A stretch of DNA of 64,000 bases from Acidobacteriaceae bacterium (lineage in GTDB: Bacteria; Acidobacteriota; Terriglobia; Terriglobales; Acidobacteriaceae), in assembly GCA_035945555.1 (NCBI GenBank), contig DASZAG010000131.1:6898-70897 (forward strand), read 5' to 3'. Every line of letters starts with the position of its first letter. Positions within the stretch are counted from its first letter, which is position 1. Position numbers and translations under genes: made by a program. The notes below the pieces were generated by a model, which saw nothing but the letters and a program-made list of their open reading frames with translations, did not search any database and was not told where the DNA came from. Shown in pieces: positions 8,962 through 18,134 of the stretch.

Positions 8962-9567
8962 ATGGCACTACCGCAACGAAAAGAAGATCCTGTCGAACAC
9001 CAGCAACCCCTGGGCGATGTTCGAGAAGTAGACCGTGAAGTGGGCGGAGGAGCGTGGAGCCGCTTGTGGATATGGATCATTATTGCCGCGGCAATTGTCT
9101 GCATCGTCTGGATTGCGTGGGGATTTGGCGGCACGGGCGGTTGGTGGTGGGGTAACCGGACCCATACTCCCGTAGCAAGTCTGGTAACGAGCGGACCAGC
9201 TGGGACCAATCCCCTGCCCACAGGTACCGGTATAGCAGTGCTGAACGCAGGGAATAAGCAGGCCTACATTGGCCAGCCCTTTAATGCGCAGAACGTAACG
9301 GTGCAAAGCAAGGTGAACAATAACGCGATGTGGGTTGGCGGCAAGAACACACCAATGTTGCTGATTATGGGCGGTGCGGCGAATAACAGTGCGGCGGATA
9401 CACACATAGCGCAAGGCGAAGCGATTAATATAACGGGCACGGTGGAGAAGGCGCCCCCCGCAAACCAGGCTAAGAGCCAATGGCAGCTTAGTGACGATGA
9501 CGTGAACCAGTTGGAACAGCAGGGCGCTTATATTCAAGCGACGCAGGTAGCAAGTCCCAACTCCTAA
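8962..9567 (+). CDS. Trp/Gly-rich single-pass membrane protein, paralog 3 of 3
   Basis: It lies only 33 nt downstream of paralog 2. The motifs are DREVGGG, TM LWIWIIIAAAIVCIVWIAW and GFGGTGGWWWGNRT. The same C-terminal domain is present (IGQPFNAQNVTVQSK..MWVG..PMLLIM..GEAINITGTVEKAP..GAYIQAT). Confidence 0.7.
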   Translation: MALPQRKEDPVEHQQPLGDVREVDREVGGGAWSRLWIWIIIAAAIVCIVWIAWGFGGTGGWWWGNRTHTPVASLVTSGPAGTNPLPTGTGIAVLNAGNKQAYIGQPFNAQNVTVQSKVNNNAMWVGGKNTPMLLIMGGAANNSAADTHIAQGEAINITGTVEKAPPANQAKSQWQLSDDDVNQLEQQGAYIQATQVASPNS

Positions 9568-9610
9568 GCCTTATTGAGGTTTCCACCGCGGCATGCCGTA
9601 TCCTGAGTAG

Positions 9611-10159
9611 GTGGCCGCCGCTGTTAAAATCTCGGAGTTTCCACTGCTCTTCAGCGCCGGAGAAATTGCCCAGCGCACCGGCGAAATCGGTCGACAGATC
9701 GATATCGATTTCGCCGGAGAGAGCGTGGTATTGGTCGGCGTGCTGAAGGGCGCGGCTGTCTTTCTGGCGGACCTGGCGCGATGCATTTCGATTAACTGCA
9801 CTTTCGACTTTGTGGCGGTGTCCAGCTACGGCAAGGCGCAGCATTCGACGGGCGCGGTGAAACTCATCAAAGACCTCGATCACCCGAGCGAGGGCAAGAA
9901 CATCATTCTCGTGGAAGATATTCTGGATACGGGCCTGACGCTGGCGTTTCTGCGCAAGCTGATTCTCCAGCATCGTCCCAAGCGGCTGAAGCTGGCCACG
10001 CTGTTAGACAAGCCCTCGCGGCGCATTGAAAAGATAGACGCCGACTACACGGGCTTTACCATTCCCAATCATTTTGTTGTTGGCTATGGCATGGACTATG
10101 CAGAGCGATTCCGGAATTTGCCTGATATTCGGCTAATGCCGCGGGATTTTCCGGAATGA
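9611..10159 (+). CDS. hpt: Hypoxanthine(-guanine) phosphoribosyltransferase
   Basis: GTG start. The PRPP-binding loop ILVEDILDTGLTL is present. Other matching blocks are VLVGVLKGAAVFLADL, FDFVAVSSYG, LLDKPSRR and FVVGYGMDYAERFRNLPDI. Confidence 0.9.
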   Translation: MAAAVKISEFPLLFSAGEIAQRTGEIGRQIDIDFAGESVVLVGVLKGAAVFLADLARCISINCTFDFVAVSSYGKAQHSTGAVKLIKDLDHPSEGKNIILVEDILDTGLTLAFLRKLILQHRPKRLKLATLLDKPSRRIEKIDADYTGFTIPNHFVVGYGMDYAERFRNLPDIRLMPRDFPE

Positions 10160-10234
10160 CAGACAGCGTTGTGGTGACAGGATATGATGGCTCACGACTA
10201 CCTAGAGTGAGCGCAAGAAGAACGACAGGATTCC

Positions 10235-12049
10235 GTGAGTAACGACCCAAGCCAAAGCCATACATCACCGGAAACATTCGAGGGCGATTACCGCCCGGTT
10301 GTGGCCACTCCTGCTCCAGCGGGGCAGGTGCGCGTTGACCCGTTGGAGCTGGAATTTTTGACCAGGCTTGCCGATGCGCTGAACACTACGCTGGACTTGC
10401 AAACGTTGCTGAAACGTACGGCTGATTTGGTGCGGGCGGTAATTGACTATCGAATTTTCGCGATTCTGCTCATTAATGACCGCACCAATGACTTGCGCAT
10501 GCGCTTCCAGATTGGCCATACATCAGAGATAGAGCGCATTCGCATCAAGCTAGGCGAAGGCATCGTAGGCCAGGTGGCGCAGCAGCGGCAGGCCCTCCTT
10601 GCTAACGATGTAATGAAATTCCCCGGCTACATCAATGCGAATCCGCAAGTGCGCTCGGAACTGGCGGTTCCGCTGATTGTCAAAAACCGCCTAATTGGCG
10701 TGATCGACATTGAATCCGAACATGTTGACTACTTCAAGCCGGAGCACTTGCACCTGCTGCAACTCACGGCATCGCGCATTGGGCAGGCGATTGAAAATGC
10801 GCGGCTGTACACGCGAGTGGCTCGGCAGGCGCAAACACTAGAAGTGTTGAACGAAATCAGCCGCGAGCTCACGTCAATTCTGGATCTTGATGAGTTATTG
10901 GAACGCATCAGCCAGCTTCTCCGGCGGATTATCGACTTTCAAATGTTTTCCATATGGCTGGTGAACGAGCACGAGCGCGCACTAGAGAACCGGTTTGCGC
11001 TGCGTTTTGGCGAGCGCTTCCATCCGGAAAACAAGCTGCCCCTCGATACCGGCCTGGTGGGCGCGGCAATTGCGTCGCACCGGCTGGTGCGCGTGAGTGA
11101 CGTCCGCAAGGACTCCCGGTATGTGATGGTGAATCCTGAAACGAGGTCGGAGATGGCGGTGCCACTGGTCTACAAGGGCAAGGTAATCGGCGTCCTTGAT
11201 CTGGAGCACACTCGCGGCAGCGCGTTCAATGAAGACCACGAGCGCGCTCTGAGCACTCTTGCCGGGCAAGTAGCCATTGCGATAGAAAATGCGCGACTCT
11301 ACCAGAGGGTGGCGCAACAGGAACAGCGGCTGGAACATGACATGGCGATGGCCCGCGAGGTGCAATTGCGGCTGCTGCCTCCGGTAAAGCCGAAGCACGG
11401 GAACGCGGAGTTTTCAGCGCGCTTTTTGCCGGCTCGAACAATCGGCGGCGACCTTTACGATCTGATCCAGTACGACCCACATCGCTCGGCCGTCGCGTTG
11501 GGAGATGTGAGCGGCAAGGCTGCTCCAGCTGCGCTGTACGCTGCACTGGTAAGCGGGTTGATGCGCTCGGCAGCGAGTCAATCTCTATCGCCTTCGGCAT
11601 TGCTGGGTTCGCTGAATGAATCCCTCCAAGAACGCAAACTGGATTCGCAATACGTGGTTATGCTGTATGCGGTGTGGAACGACGAGAACCGCGCGCTGCA
11701 AGTGGCAAATGCCGGGGCCACACAGCCGCTGATTTGTCGCAACGGCGAAGTGGAGACGGTGAAGGCGGAGGGGTTTCCGCTGGGACTATTTCCGCATGTG
11801 GAGTACGAGGAGTTCACTCTCGCCACGCAGCCTGGCGACTCGATTATCTTCTTCAGTGACGGCATTACGGACGCGCAGAACAGCGAGGGCGAAATGTTTG
11901 GCGATGAGCGGCTAAAGGCCGTGGTGAAGAAGAACCAGCAGAAATCGGCGTCGAAGATTGCGGATGCGATTCTCGCCGAGGTTGGGAAGTTCCAGCGCGG
12001 GATAGAGCGATTTGATGACGAGACGGTAGTAGTGGTGAAGGTGCTGTGA
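10235..12049 (+). CDS. GAF-GAF-PP2C (SpoIIE/RsbU-like) sensor serine phosphatase
   Basis: There are two GAF-like repeats (..GEGIVGQVAQQRQALLANDV..SELAVPLIVKNRLIGVIDIES.. and ..GLVGAAIASHRLVRVSDV..SEMAVPLVYKGKVIGVLDLEH..). A SpoIIE-type PP2C domain follows (AREVQLRLLP, GGDLYD, LGDVSGKAAPAALYAA, FFSDGITDAQN, DDETVVVVKV). Confidence 0.85.
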   Translation: MSNDPSQSHTSPETFEGDYRPVVATPAPAGQVRVDPLELEFLTRLADALNTTLDLQTLLKRTADLVRAVIDYRIFAILLINDRTNDLRMRFQIGHTSEIERIRIKLGEGIVGQVAQQRQALLANDVMKFPGYINANPQVRSELAVPLIVKNRLIGVIDIESEHVDYFKPEHLHLLQLTASRIGQAIENARLYTRVARQAQTLEVLNEISRELTSILDLDELLERISQLLRRIIDFQMFSIWLVNEHERALENRFALRFGERFHPENKLPLDTGLVGAAIASHRLVRVSDVRKDSRYVMVNPETRSEMAVPLVYKGKVIGVLDLEHTRGSAFNEDHERALSTLAGQVAIAIENARLYQRVAQQEQRLEHDMAMAREVQLRLLPPVKPKHGNAEFSARFLPARTIGGDLYDLIQYDPHRSAVALGDVSGKAAPAALYAALVSGLMRSAASQSLSPSALLGSLNESLQERKLDSQYVVMLYAVWNDENRALQVANAGATQPLICRNGEVETVKAEGFPLGLFPHVEYEEFTLATQPGDSIIFFSDGITDAQNSEGEMFGDERLKAVVKKNQQKSASKIADAILAEVGKFQRGIERFDDETVVVVKVL

Positions 12050-12189
12050 GATTCGCGACGCGCTTAGGACCTACCTAAAGCGCGCCGCGTGAAAATACCT
12101 ACTTCAAAAGACATTCTTTTGCGCAGGTCACCCTTGTGCTCCAGTCCAGATACGCGCCCTGGCGTTAGGCGTAAGAGCGCTCGCCAGGA

Positions 12190-13758
12190 TCATTGAACCC
12201 TTCCCTGCACCTTTGCATTGCCAAGTTGGTTGACCACAACTGCCGTTGCTCCGGGTGGAAGAATCTGTAACGACTTCAAAAACTCGATGATTGAATCTCG
12301 ATCGTAATCACTCAAGTTCTGGAATGCGATGCGCTCCTGCAGGGCCTCGCCCGAGTGCGCTAGTACTTCCTCGCGCATGGTCGTGTAGAGTCCGTGGTGA
12401 CCGAATGGGTGTTGGTTGGCGATTCCCCACAGCTTGCGGGTGAGGAACTTACTATTGCCGGCGAAAAATGCCTTCGACCCCGCAGGCTGGTTCATATCAA
12501 GTGGCTCACGATTCGGATCGTTAGGGCCAGCTGTAATATCGTGCAGCTTGAAGTCGGTGAACGCCGGGACCCAAACGATTCCGTTCACGGGCTTGAGACG
12601 TGGTCCTGGAAGCTGATCGCTGGTCAGATCAACCGAGATCGCCTGGGTATCTCCGGGTTGCAGATTGCCGGTCGGATTGTATGGATTCGGCTCGGTATAG
12701 ATCCAACCTCGTTTGTCGAGAGGCAGAGCCGGCATATGGCACCCTCCGCAACCAATTCGGCTGAACTGGCGGAAGCCATTGGCAACAGCAGCTTCAATTT
12801 CGGGATCGTCGGGAACCATCTGCCCCGGTACAGGCAGCGTGGCTTGAAAGATCGTCGCAGCAGTGACATCGGCTCGCGTCAGTTCATTCACAAACCCGTC
12901 ACCATCAGCGTCAACGCCAAGCCCGAACCTCTCCTCCGACTGAATACCGTGATGTTGATTGAACGCGTTATTCGTGAACTGACGCAAAGAGATGACGTTC
13001 CCGGCCTGAGAAAAAGGCCGAATGATCAGGTTGGGAGGGGTAGCACCCGACGTTGCGACACTTGGTGCAGGAAGGCCATCGACCTGCGACGTGTCCCAGG
13101 TGCCATCGAGATTGTGAATCAGAACACCAAAATCAATCCCCTTGGATAACAGCCGAGCTCGATGGCCGGCAGGTGTGCTGTCGCGGATGAGCTGCAGATC
13201 AGCTGTGATCTGACGCGCGAGCATCTCGATAAACCCCGAGCCGAACATTCCAATGGTCTTGCGCGAGTTCGCAATGTCCTGCAGGTTCACGGGGTTGCCA
13301 AGTTCATCCACAGCTCCCCGCGTAGGCATGGCATCGGAGCGATCGAATGTCGCGAAATCAAATCTCTGACCCAATACGAATACGTTGCCGACTATGTCGC
13401 CTCCACCTCCGACGCGCGGCTTGTTGTGGCAACCCGAACATGAGTTCGTATCAGGCCCAGAAATACGATTAAAGTTCCGTGGAAATACAAGAGGAGAACC
13501 GAGGTCTGAGAGCGGATTGCCCGTACCTTTGGTGAGCGGCCGCCCGGCGCCTTCCTGTGAGGTCCAGCTGGCGGTGAACAGCTTCTCTCCATAAGCGATC
13601 AGGTCGCTTATGGAGACCTCATATTCTTCGCCATCCTGCAGGTGACGGGGAATTGCGACTTCGCGTCCGATCTGCAGGCTTTGCGCTGCTATGCCGAACC
13701 CAGCGCAGCAGGTTAGAGTCGCCATGAGGCTGATCGCCAGTTTGTTCCTCATATTCAC
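12190..13758 (-). CDS. Secreted di-haem cytochrome c family protein (DUF1111 / putative thiol oxidoreductase-peroxidase type)
   Basis: A signal peptide is present. The two haem-binding motifs are CSGCHNKPRVGGGGD and IGCGGCHMP, with size and spacing typical of the DUF1111 di-haem family. Confidence 0.65.
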   Translation of the reverse strand: MNMRNKLAISLMATLTCCAGFGIAAQSLQIGREVAIPRHLQDGEEYEVSISDLIAYGEKLFTASWTSQEGAGRPLTKGTGNPLSDLGSPLVFPRNFNRISGPDTNSCSGCHNKPRVGGGGDIVGNVFVLGQRFDFATFDRSDAMPTRGAVDELGNPVNLQDIANSRKTIGMFGSGFIEMLARQITADLQLIRDSTPAGHRARLLSKGIDFGVLIHNLDGTWDTSQVDGLPAPSVATSGATPPNLIIRPFSQAGNVISLRQFTNNAFNQHHGIQSEERFGLGVDADGDGFVNELTRADVTAATIFQATLPVPGQMVPDDPEIEAAVANGFRQFSRIGCGGCHMPALPLDKRGWIYTEPNPYNPTGNLQPGDTQAISVDLTSDQLPGPRLKPVNGIVWVPAFTDFKLHDITAGPNDPNREPLDMNQPAGSKAFFAGNSKFLTRKLWGIANQHPFGHHGLYTTMREEVLAHSGEALQERIAFQNLSDYDRDSIIEFLKSLQILPPGATAVVVNQLGNAKVQGRVQ

Positions 13759-13937
13759 TCCTTTTTGGGGAAGACGTCCCTTTACGACCTGCCCAAGGAG
13801 AGCCCCCCGACGATGAGCCCGCCCATCGGAAGGCCCTCCTCACGTATTGCTTCTGTTGAATTTCCAAACGTGATGGAGTTCGGGGATTTCTGTCATACGC
13901 TGCCGGAAATCCCCCTTCTTTCGGCGGTTCGTTCGGT

Positions 13938-14540
13938 CTACGGAATATTGAAAACCGCAAGTGCGACAGGGTGACCGACATTTCCATCCGCCGGGGCACC
14001 CAGTCCGGGCGGTCCGAGCAGTGGCAGTTGTGGTGTCAGCAATTGGCGCGCTCGGAAACGGTTGTCGGTGGTGCTTGCCGGACCGTGTTCGAACATGATG
14101 ATCCACACTGTCGATCCATGAGAAAAACGCAAATCGTGAAGCGTGCCGGTCATATAAAACCGGCTGCTTCCCCCTGCGACGCCGGCGTCCATACGGCCAA
14201 ATACGACAGCCGGGTTAGTGGCCGGCAACCAACCATCCGGATCAGAACATACACCCGGCGTCCCCCCTGCGTAGTGTCCACATTGCGCCGGATCATCTAT
14301 ATAGGCGAACCAGGTGGTGTAGGCGTGGCCCGCTATCAGGTTTGCGGTAAACTCCGAAACTGTTACCTCATTGTCGTCAATACAGAGGTAGGCTGAACCC
14401 GTGATGCCGCTGAGGTTATGGGGATCGCTGACAGATGTTTTCAGCAATTGGTCGCAGTCAGCCGCGACGGCGTTGTTTGCAAAAGAGGCAAGCCCCGCGA
14501 GAGCAGCGAACAGGATAGTGAAATGCAATAGCTTTTTCAT
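13938..14540 (-). CDS. Secreted hypothetical protein (Cys-containing)
   Basis: The start was moved to the ATG at 14540, which is preceded by AAGGAG. The Sec signal is MKKLLHFTILFAALAGLASFANNAVA. I recognise no motif. Confidence 0.55.
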   Translation of the reverse strand: MKKLLHFTILFAALAGLASFANNAVAADCDQLLKTSVSDPHNLSGITGSAYLCIDDNEVTVSEFTANLIAGHAYTTWFAYIDDPAQCGHYAGGTPGVCSDPDGWLPATNPAVVFGRMDAGVAGGSSRFYMTGTLHDLRFSHGSTVWIIMFEHGPASTTDNRFRARQLLTPQLPLLGPPGLGAPADGNVGHPVALAVFNIP

Positions 14541-14756
14541 GTGCGGATTCTCCTTGTTGCTCTTGCCGAAACTGCCCACTAGCAGAGCGCAAGAACACCC
14601 GCACTCTGCTTGGTTTCTGCATGGGACTGCAATCCCAGCTACCTCTTTTGAAGGTCAAAGTTTCCTCTCACCGTAAGTTGTTGAAATCACGGCTCCAGAA
14701 AAATTCCAAGGAGCTGTTTTGAGGCGTATCATTGCTGCTGCGGTTGAGGTATTCGC

Positions 14757-16679
14757 ATGCCAAACCCCACACCGACAGCTCATGTATTGCGTTTCGACTC
14801 CTTTGAGCTAGACCTTCGCGCGGGCGAATTGCGCAAATCGGACATCCGACTACGCCTTCAAGGGCAGCCCATCCAGTTACTCGGAATTTTGGTGCAATCT
14901 CCCGGCCGCTTGGTCACCCGTGAGGAGCTGATCTCGCAGTTGTGGCCGACCGACACCTTCGTCGATTTTGATCACAGTTTGAATAATTCGATTCTCCGCA
15001 TTCGCGAGGTGCTCGGCGACTCTGCCGGGACCCCGCGTTACATCGAGACTCTCCCGCGGCGTGGCTACCGATTCATCGGGCAGGTGGAAGGGCTGGTAGC
15101 CGACGCGCTCGAACCGGGCCCGCCAACCGAGCATTTCGCGGCAACGCCAGCTCCCATTCGCTCGGGGAGAGGCCGACGGATTTTGATTCCCTCAATCCTG
15201 CTGCCTTCGCTTTTGATTCTTGCCGGCGTTGTGCTTTGGTTTGCGCCTTCATTCCATCGGGCGAGCGCAGCGAACATACATTCGATTGCCGTCCTGCCGT
15301 TCGACAATCTTTCTGGCGACCCCTCTCAGAACTACCTCGCCGACGGCACGACAGACCAGCTCATCACCGATCTCGCCCAGGTTGGCTCCCTTCGCGTCAT
15401 TTCCCGAATATCGGTCATGCATTACCGGAACACGAAAAAGACCTTACCCGAGATCGCACGCGAGTTGAACGTTGACAGCGTCGTGGAGGGCTCGCTTACA
15501 CGCTCAGGCGACCGGGTTCGGATCACCGCACAGTTGCTTCGTGCAAACTCCGATGAGCACATTTGGGCCGATACCTACGAGCGCAATGTTGGCGACATTC
15601 TACGGCTGCAAAGTGACGTCGCACAGGCTATCGCAGAGCGGGTCCGCGCGGATCTAAGTCCGCAGCAAATGGCACGTCTTCGCTTTGCTCCGACAGTGGA
15701 TTCAGCAGCATATGAAGACTATTTGCGCGGACGCTATCTCTTTACCGACTATTTCTATTCGACGACGCAGCTAAGAATCGCCCAAAATTATTTTCAGAAG
15801 TCGATTCGCAAGGATCCAAATTTTGCGCCCTCATATGCTGGGCTTGCAAATTCTTACCTTTACCTCGCGTTCGATCGCGGAATATCACCACAAAGTGCTT
15901 ATGAGCTTGCGCAACAGGCTCTCACAAAGGCTTTACAGTTAGACCCTGACGTAGGCGAAGCGCATGAGGCCCTCGCAGTCATGAAATGGAGGTATGAATG
16001 GGATTGGGCCGGCGCCGAGCGGGAGTTCAGAGACACAATCGCTTTGGCTCCAAGCTATGACTGTGCCCACGAGGATTTCTCAAGCTATCTCAGCTTCAAG
16101 GGGCAACGTGCCGAAGCTCTAGCTGAGATTGTCAAGAGCCACGAGCTGAATTCCGACTTCAACATCGATGACGCTGAGTTGGAGCTTTACTATCAATTGC
16201 GAGACTACAAAGCTCTCATTGAATCTGGGCTCCGGACAGTCGCGGCGGAACCAAACGCCTGGGGCAATCATTACGCTCTCGGCGTGGGCTACGAAGGTTC
16301 CAGACAACTGGCCCTGGCCATTCCCGAATACCAGAAGGCCGTTTCATTGTCAGACGGCGATCAGGATGCCAGCGCCGCGCTAGCGCATGCATATGCCGTA
16401 ACCGGCAAGACAGCGGAGGCCAAAAAAATCCTCCTGGATATGCTCACCCAATCGAGGACTTCCTACGTTTCGCCCTACATGATTGCAGCTATTTATGCTG
16501 GACTCGGCGATAAGGATCAAGCATTCGCATTTCTCGAGAAGGCCTACAGGGAGAGGTCACCCGACATCTCCTGGTCATTCAAGTCTGACCTGCGTCTCGA
16601 TAATCTTCGCTCAGATCCTCGGTTTCAATCGCTCTTGGAGCGACTTCAACTCCCCGCGCCGTCGGCTCCGCGAAGTTGA
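14757..16679 (+). CDS. ToxR/CadC-like membrane-bound transcriptional regulator: winged helix + TM + TolB-N-like module + TPR sensor
   Basis: The N-terminus FDSFELDLRAGELRKSDIRLRLQGQPIQLLGILVQSPGRLVTREELISQLWPTDTFVDFDHSLNNSILRIREVLGD...ETLPRRGYRFIGQ is paralogous to 5206..7416. The TM is ILIPSILLPSLLILAGVVLWF. The IAVLPFDNLSGDP...VEGS region and C-terminal TPR-like repeats follow. Confidence 0.8.
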   Translation: MPNPTPTAHVLRFDSFELDLRAGELRKSDIRLRLQGQPIQLLGILVQSPGRLVTREELISQLWPTDTFVDFDHSLNNSILRIREVLGDSAGTPRYIETLPRRGYRFIGQVEGLVADALEPGPPTEHFAATPAPIRSGRGRRILIPSILLPSLLILAGVVLWFAPSFHRASAANIHSIAVLPFDNLSGDPSQNYLADGTTDQLITDLAQVGSLRVISRISVMHYRNTKKTLPEIARELNVDSVVEGSLTRSGDRVRITAQLLRANSDEHIWADTYERNVGDILRLQSDVAQAIAERVRADLSPQQMARLRFAPTVDSAAYEDYLRGRYLFTDYFYSTTQLRIAQNYFQKSIRKDPNFAPSYAGLANSYLYLAFDRGISPQSAYELAQQALTKALQLDPDVGEAHEALAVMKWRYEWDWAGAEREFRDTIALAPSYDCAHEDFSSYLSFKGQRAEALAEIVKSHELNSDFNIDDAELELYYQLRDYKALIESGLRTVAAEPNAWGNHYALGVGYEGSRQLALAIPEYQKAVSLSDGDQDASAALAHAYAVTGKTAEAKKILLDMLTQSRTSYVSPYMIAAIYAGLGDKDQAFAFLEKAYRERSPDISWSFKSDLRLDNLRSDPRFQSLLERLQLPAPSAPRS

Positions 16680-16787
16680 AGTTTTTGAGTTTGCGCCGCT
16701 TGTTCGCATAGGAGTTTCCAATCATCAGGTAGCATGCTCATGAATACTTTACGATAAAGGAAACACCCCCTTTCGGAGAGCCTTTCC

Positions 16788-18092
16788 TTGTCCCTGACTG
16801 AAACTTCTGTAGAACGCGTTATTTCGCCCGCCCGCAACGTATCCGGAAGCCTTCGCCTACCCGGAGATAAGAGCATTTCGCACCGCTACGCTCTGCTGGG
16901 CGGGCTAGCCCACGGTAAGACGCACCTGACGAACTTCTCCACCGGAGCGGATTGCGGGAGCAGCCTGCGGTGCGTGGAGGCGCTGGGTGCGAAAGTGACG
17001 CGGGACGGCGCCAACGTGGAGATCGAAGGTGTGGGTGGGCGGTTTCGCACGACACAAAGACCATTAGACTGCGGCAATTCCGGATCGACGATACGTATGC
17101 TCTCTGGTCTGCTTGCGCCACAGGAGGGCAGCTTTACGCTCGTCGGCGACGAGTCCCTGAGCCGCAGGCCGATGGAGCGTATTCGCAAGCCGCTCACGCA
17201 AATGAGCGCGAAGATTGAGCTGACGGACGGCCACGCTCCGGTGACGATTCATGGATCGAAACTGACGGCGATTGACTACGCGACCCCGGTGCCGAGCGCA
17301 CAGGTGAAGAGCGCGGTACTGTTTGCTGGCGTGCAGACTAAGGGCCGGACGACGGTGCGCGAGGCCGTACGCACCCGCGACCACAGCGAGCTTGCACTGC
17401 GCGGATTTGGGGCGACGATTGAGCGCACTCTGGATTCGGTATCGATTGAGGGACCGCAGGAGTTGCAAGGCTTTGAGGGCGCAGTACCGGGAGATATTTC
17501 TTCCGCTGCATTCTTTCTTTGCGCGGCGTCGCTCTTCCCTGATTCGAATTTGATTTTTGATGGACTCGGATTGAATCCAACACGTGCGACTTTGCTAGAT
17601 GCTCTGACCGCGCTGGGATCGCACATTGGCGTGCTGAATCTGGAAGAGAAACACGGCGAGCTGGTAGGGACCGTGCAGGTGAATGCGCCTAGAGACGGGT
17701 TGACGGGAACAACGATCTCGGGCGCATTGGCTGCTCAGTTGATCGATGAGCTCCCGGTGCTGGCCGCGATTGGGCCGTACACGCGAAATGGAATCCGCAT
17801 TCGAGATGCGAAAGAACTGCGTGTGAAAGAGTCGGACCGCATTGCGCTGGTAGCAGAGAACCTTCGCGCGATGGGTGCACAGGTTGTCGAGTTTGAAGAC
17901 GGACTGGATGTTCCGGGCGGGCAGCAGTTGCACGCGGCGGAGATCAACTCCGGCGGTGACCACCGCATCGCAATGGCTTTTTCTGTGGCCGCGCTGCGAG
18001 CGACTGGCCAGACGGTGATCCGCGGAGCGGAATCGGCCGCGATTTCGTTCCCCGAATTCTTCGACCTGCTGGACCGCGTGACGGAGCGATAA
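16788..18092 (+). CDS. aroA: 3-phosphoshikimate 1-carboxyvinyltransferase (EPSP synthase)
   Basis: Matching blocks are LPGDKSISHRYALLGGLAHGKT, DCGNSGSTIRMLSGLLA, LRVKESDRIA and GDHRIAMAFSVAAL. Confidence 0.92.
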   Translation: MSLTETSVERVISPARNVSGSLRLPGDKSISHRYALLGGLAHGKTHLTNFSTGADCGSSLRCVEALGAKVTRDGANVEIEGVGGRFRTTQRPLDCGNSGSTIRMLSGLLAPQEGSFTLVGDESLSRRPMERIRKPLTQMSAKIELTDGHAPVTIHGSKLTAIDYATPVPSAQVKSAVLFAGVQTKGRTTVREAVRTRDHSELALRGFGATIERTLDSVSIEGPQELQGFEGAVPGDISSAAFFLCAASLFPDSNLIFDGLGLNPTRATLLDALTALGSHIGVLNLEEKHGELVGTVQVNAPRDGLTGTTISGALAAQLIDELPVLAAIGPYTRNGIRIRDAKELRVKESDRIALVAENLRAMGAQVVEFEDGLDVPGGQQLHAAEINSGGDHRIAMAFSVAALRATGQTVIRGAESAAISFPEFFDLLDRVTER

Positions 18093-18134
18093 GGCTCTTC
18101 CCTTCGCCCATCTCTCGCAAGCTACAATCGTTCT

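Noticed and set aside
15667-15686. TGGCACGTCTTCGCTTTGCT, which resembles a sigma-54 promoter.
   Set aside because: The GG-to-GC spacing is 4 nt too long, and it lies inside the coding region of the TPR regulator.
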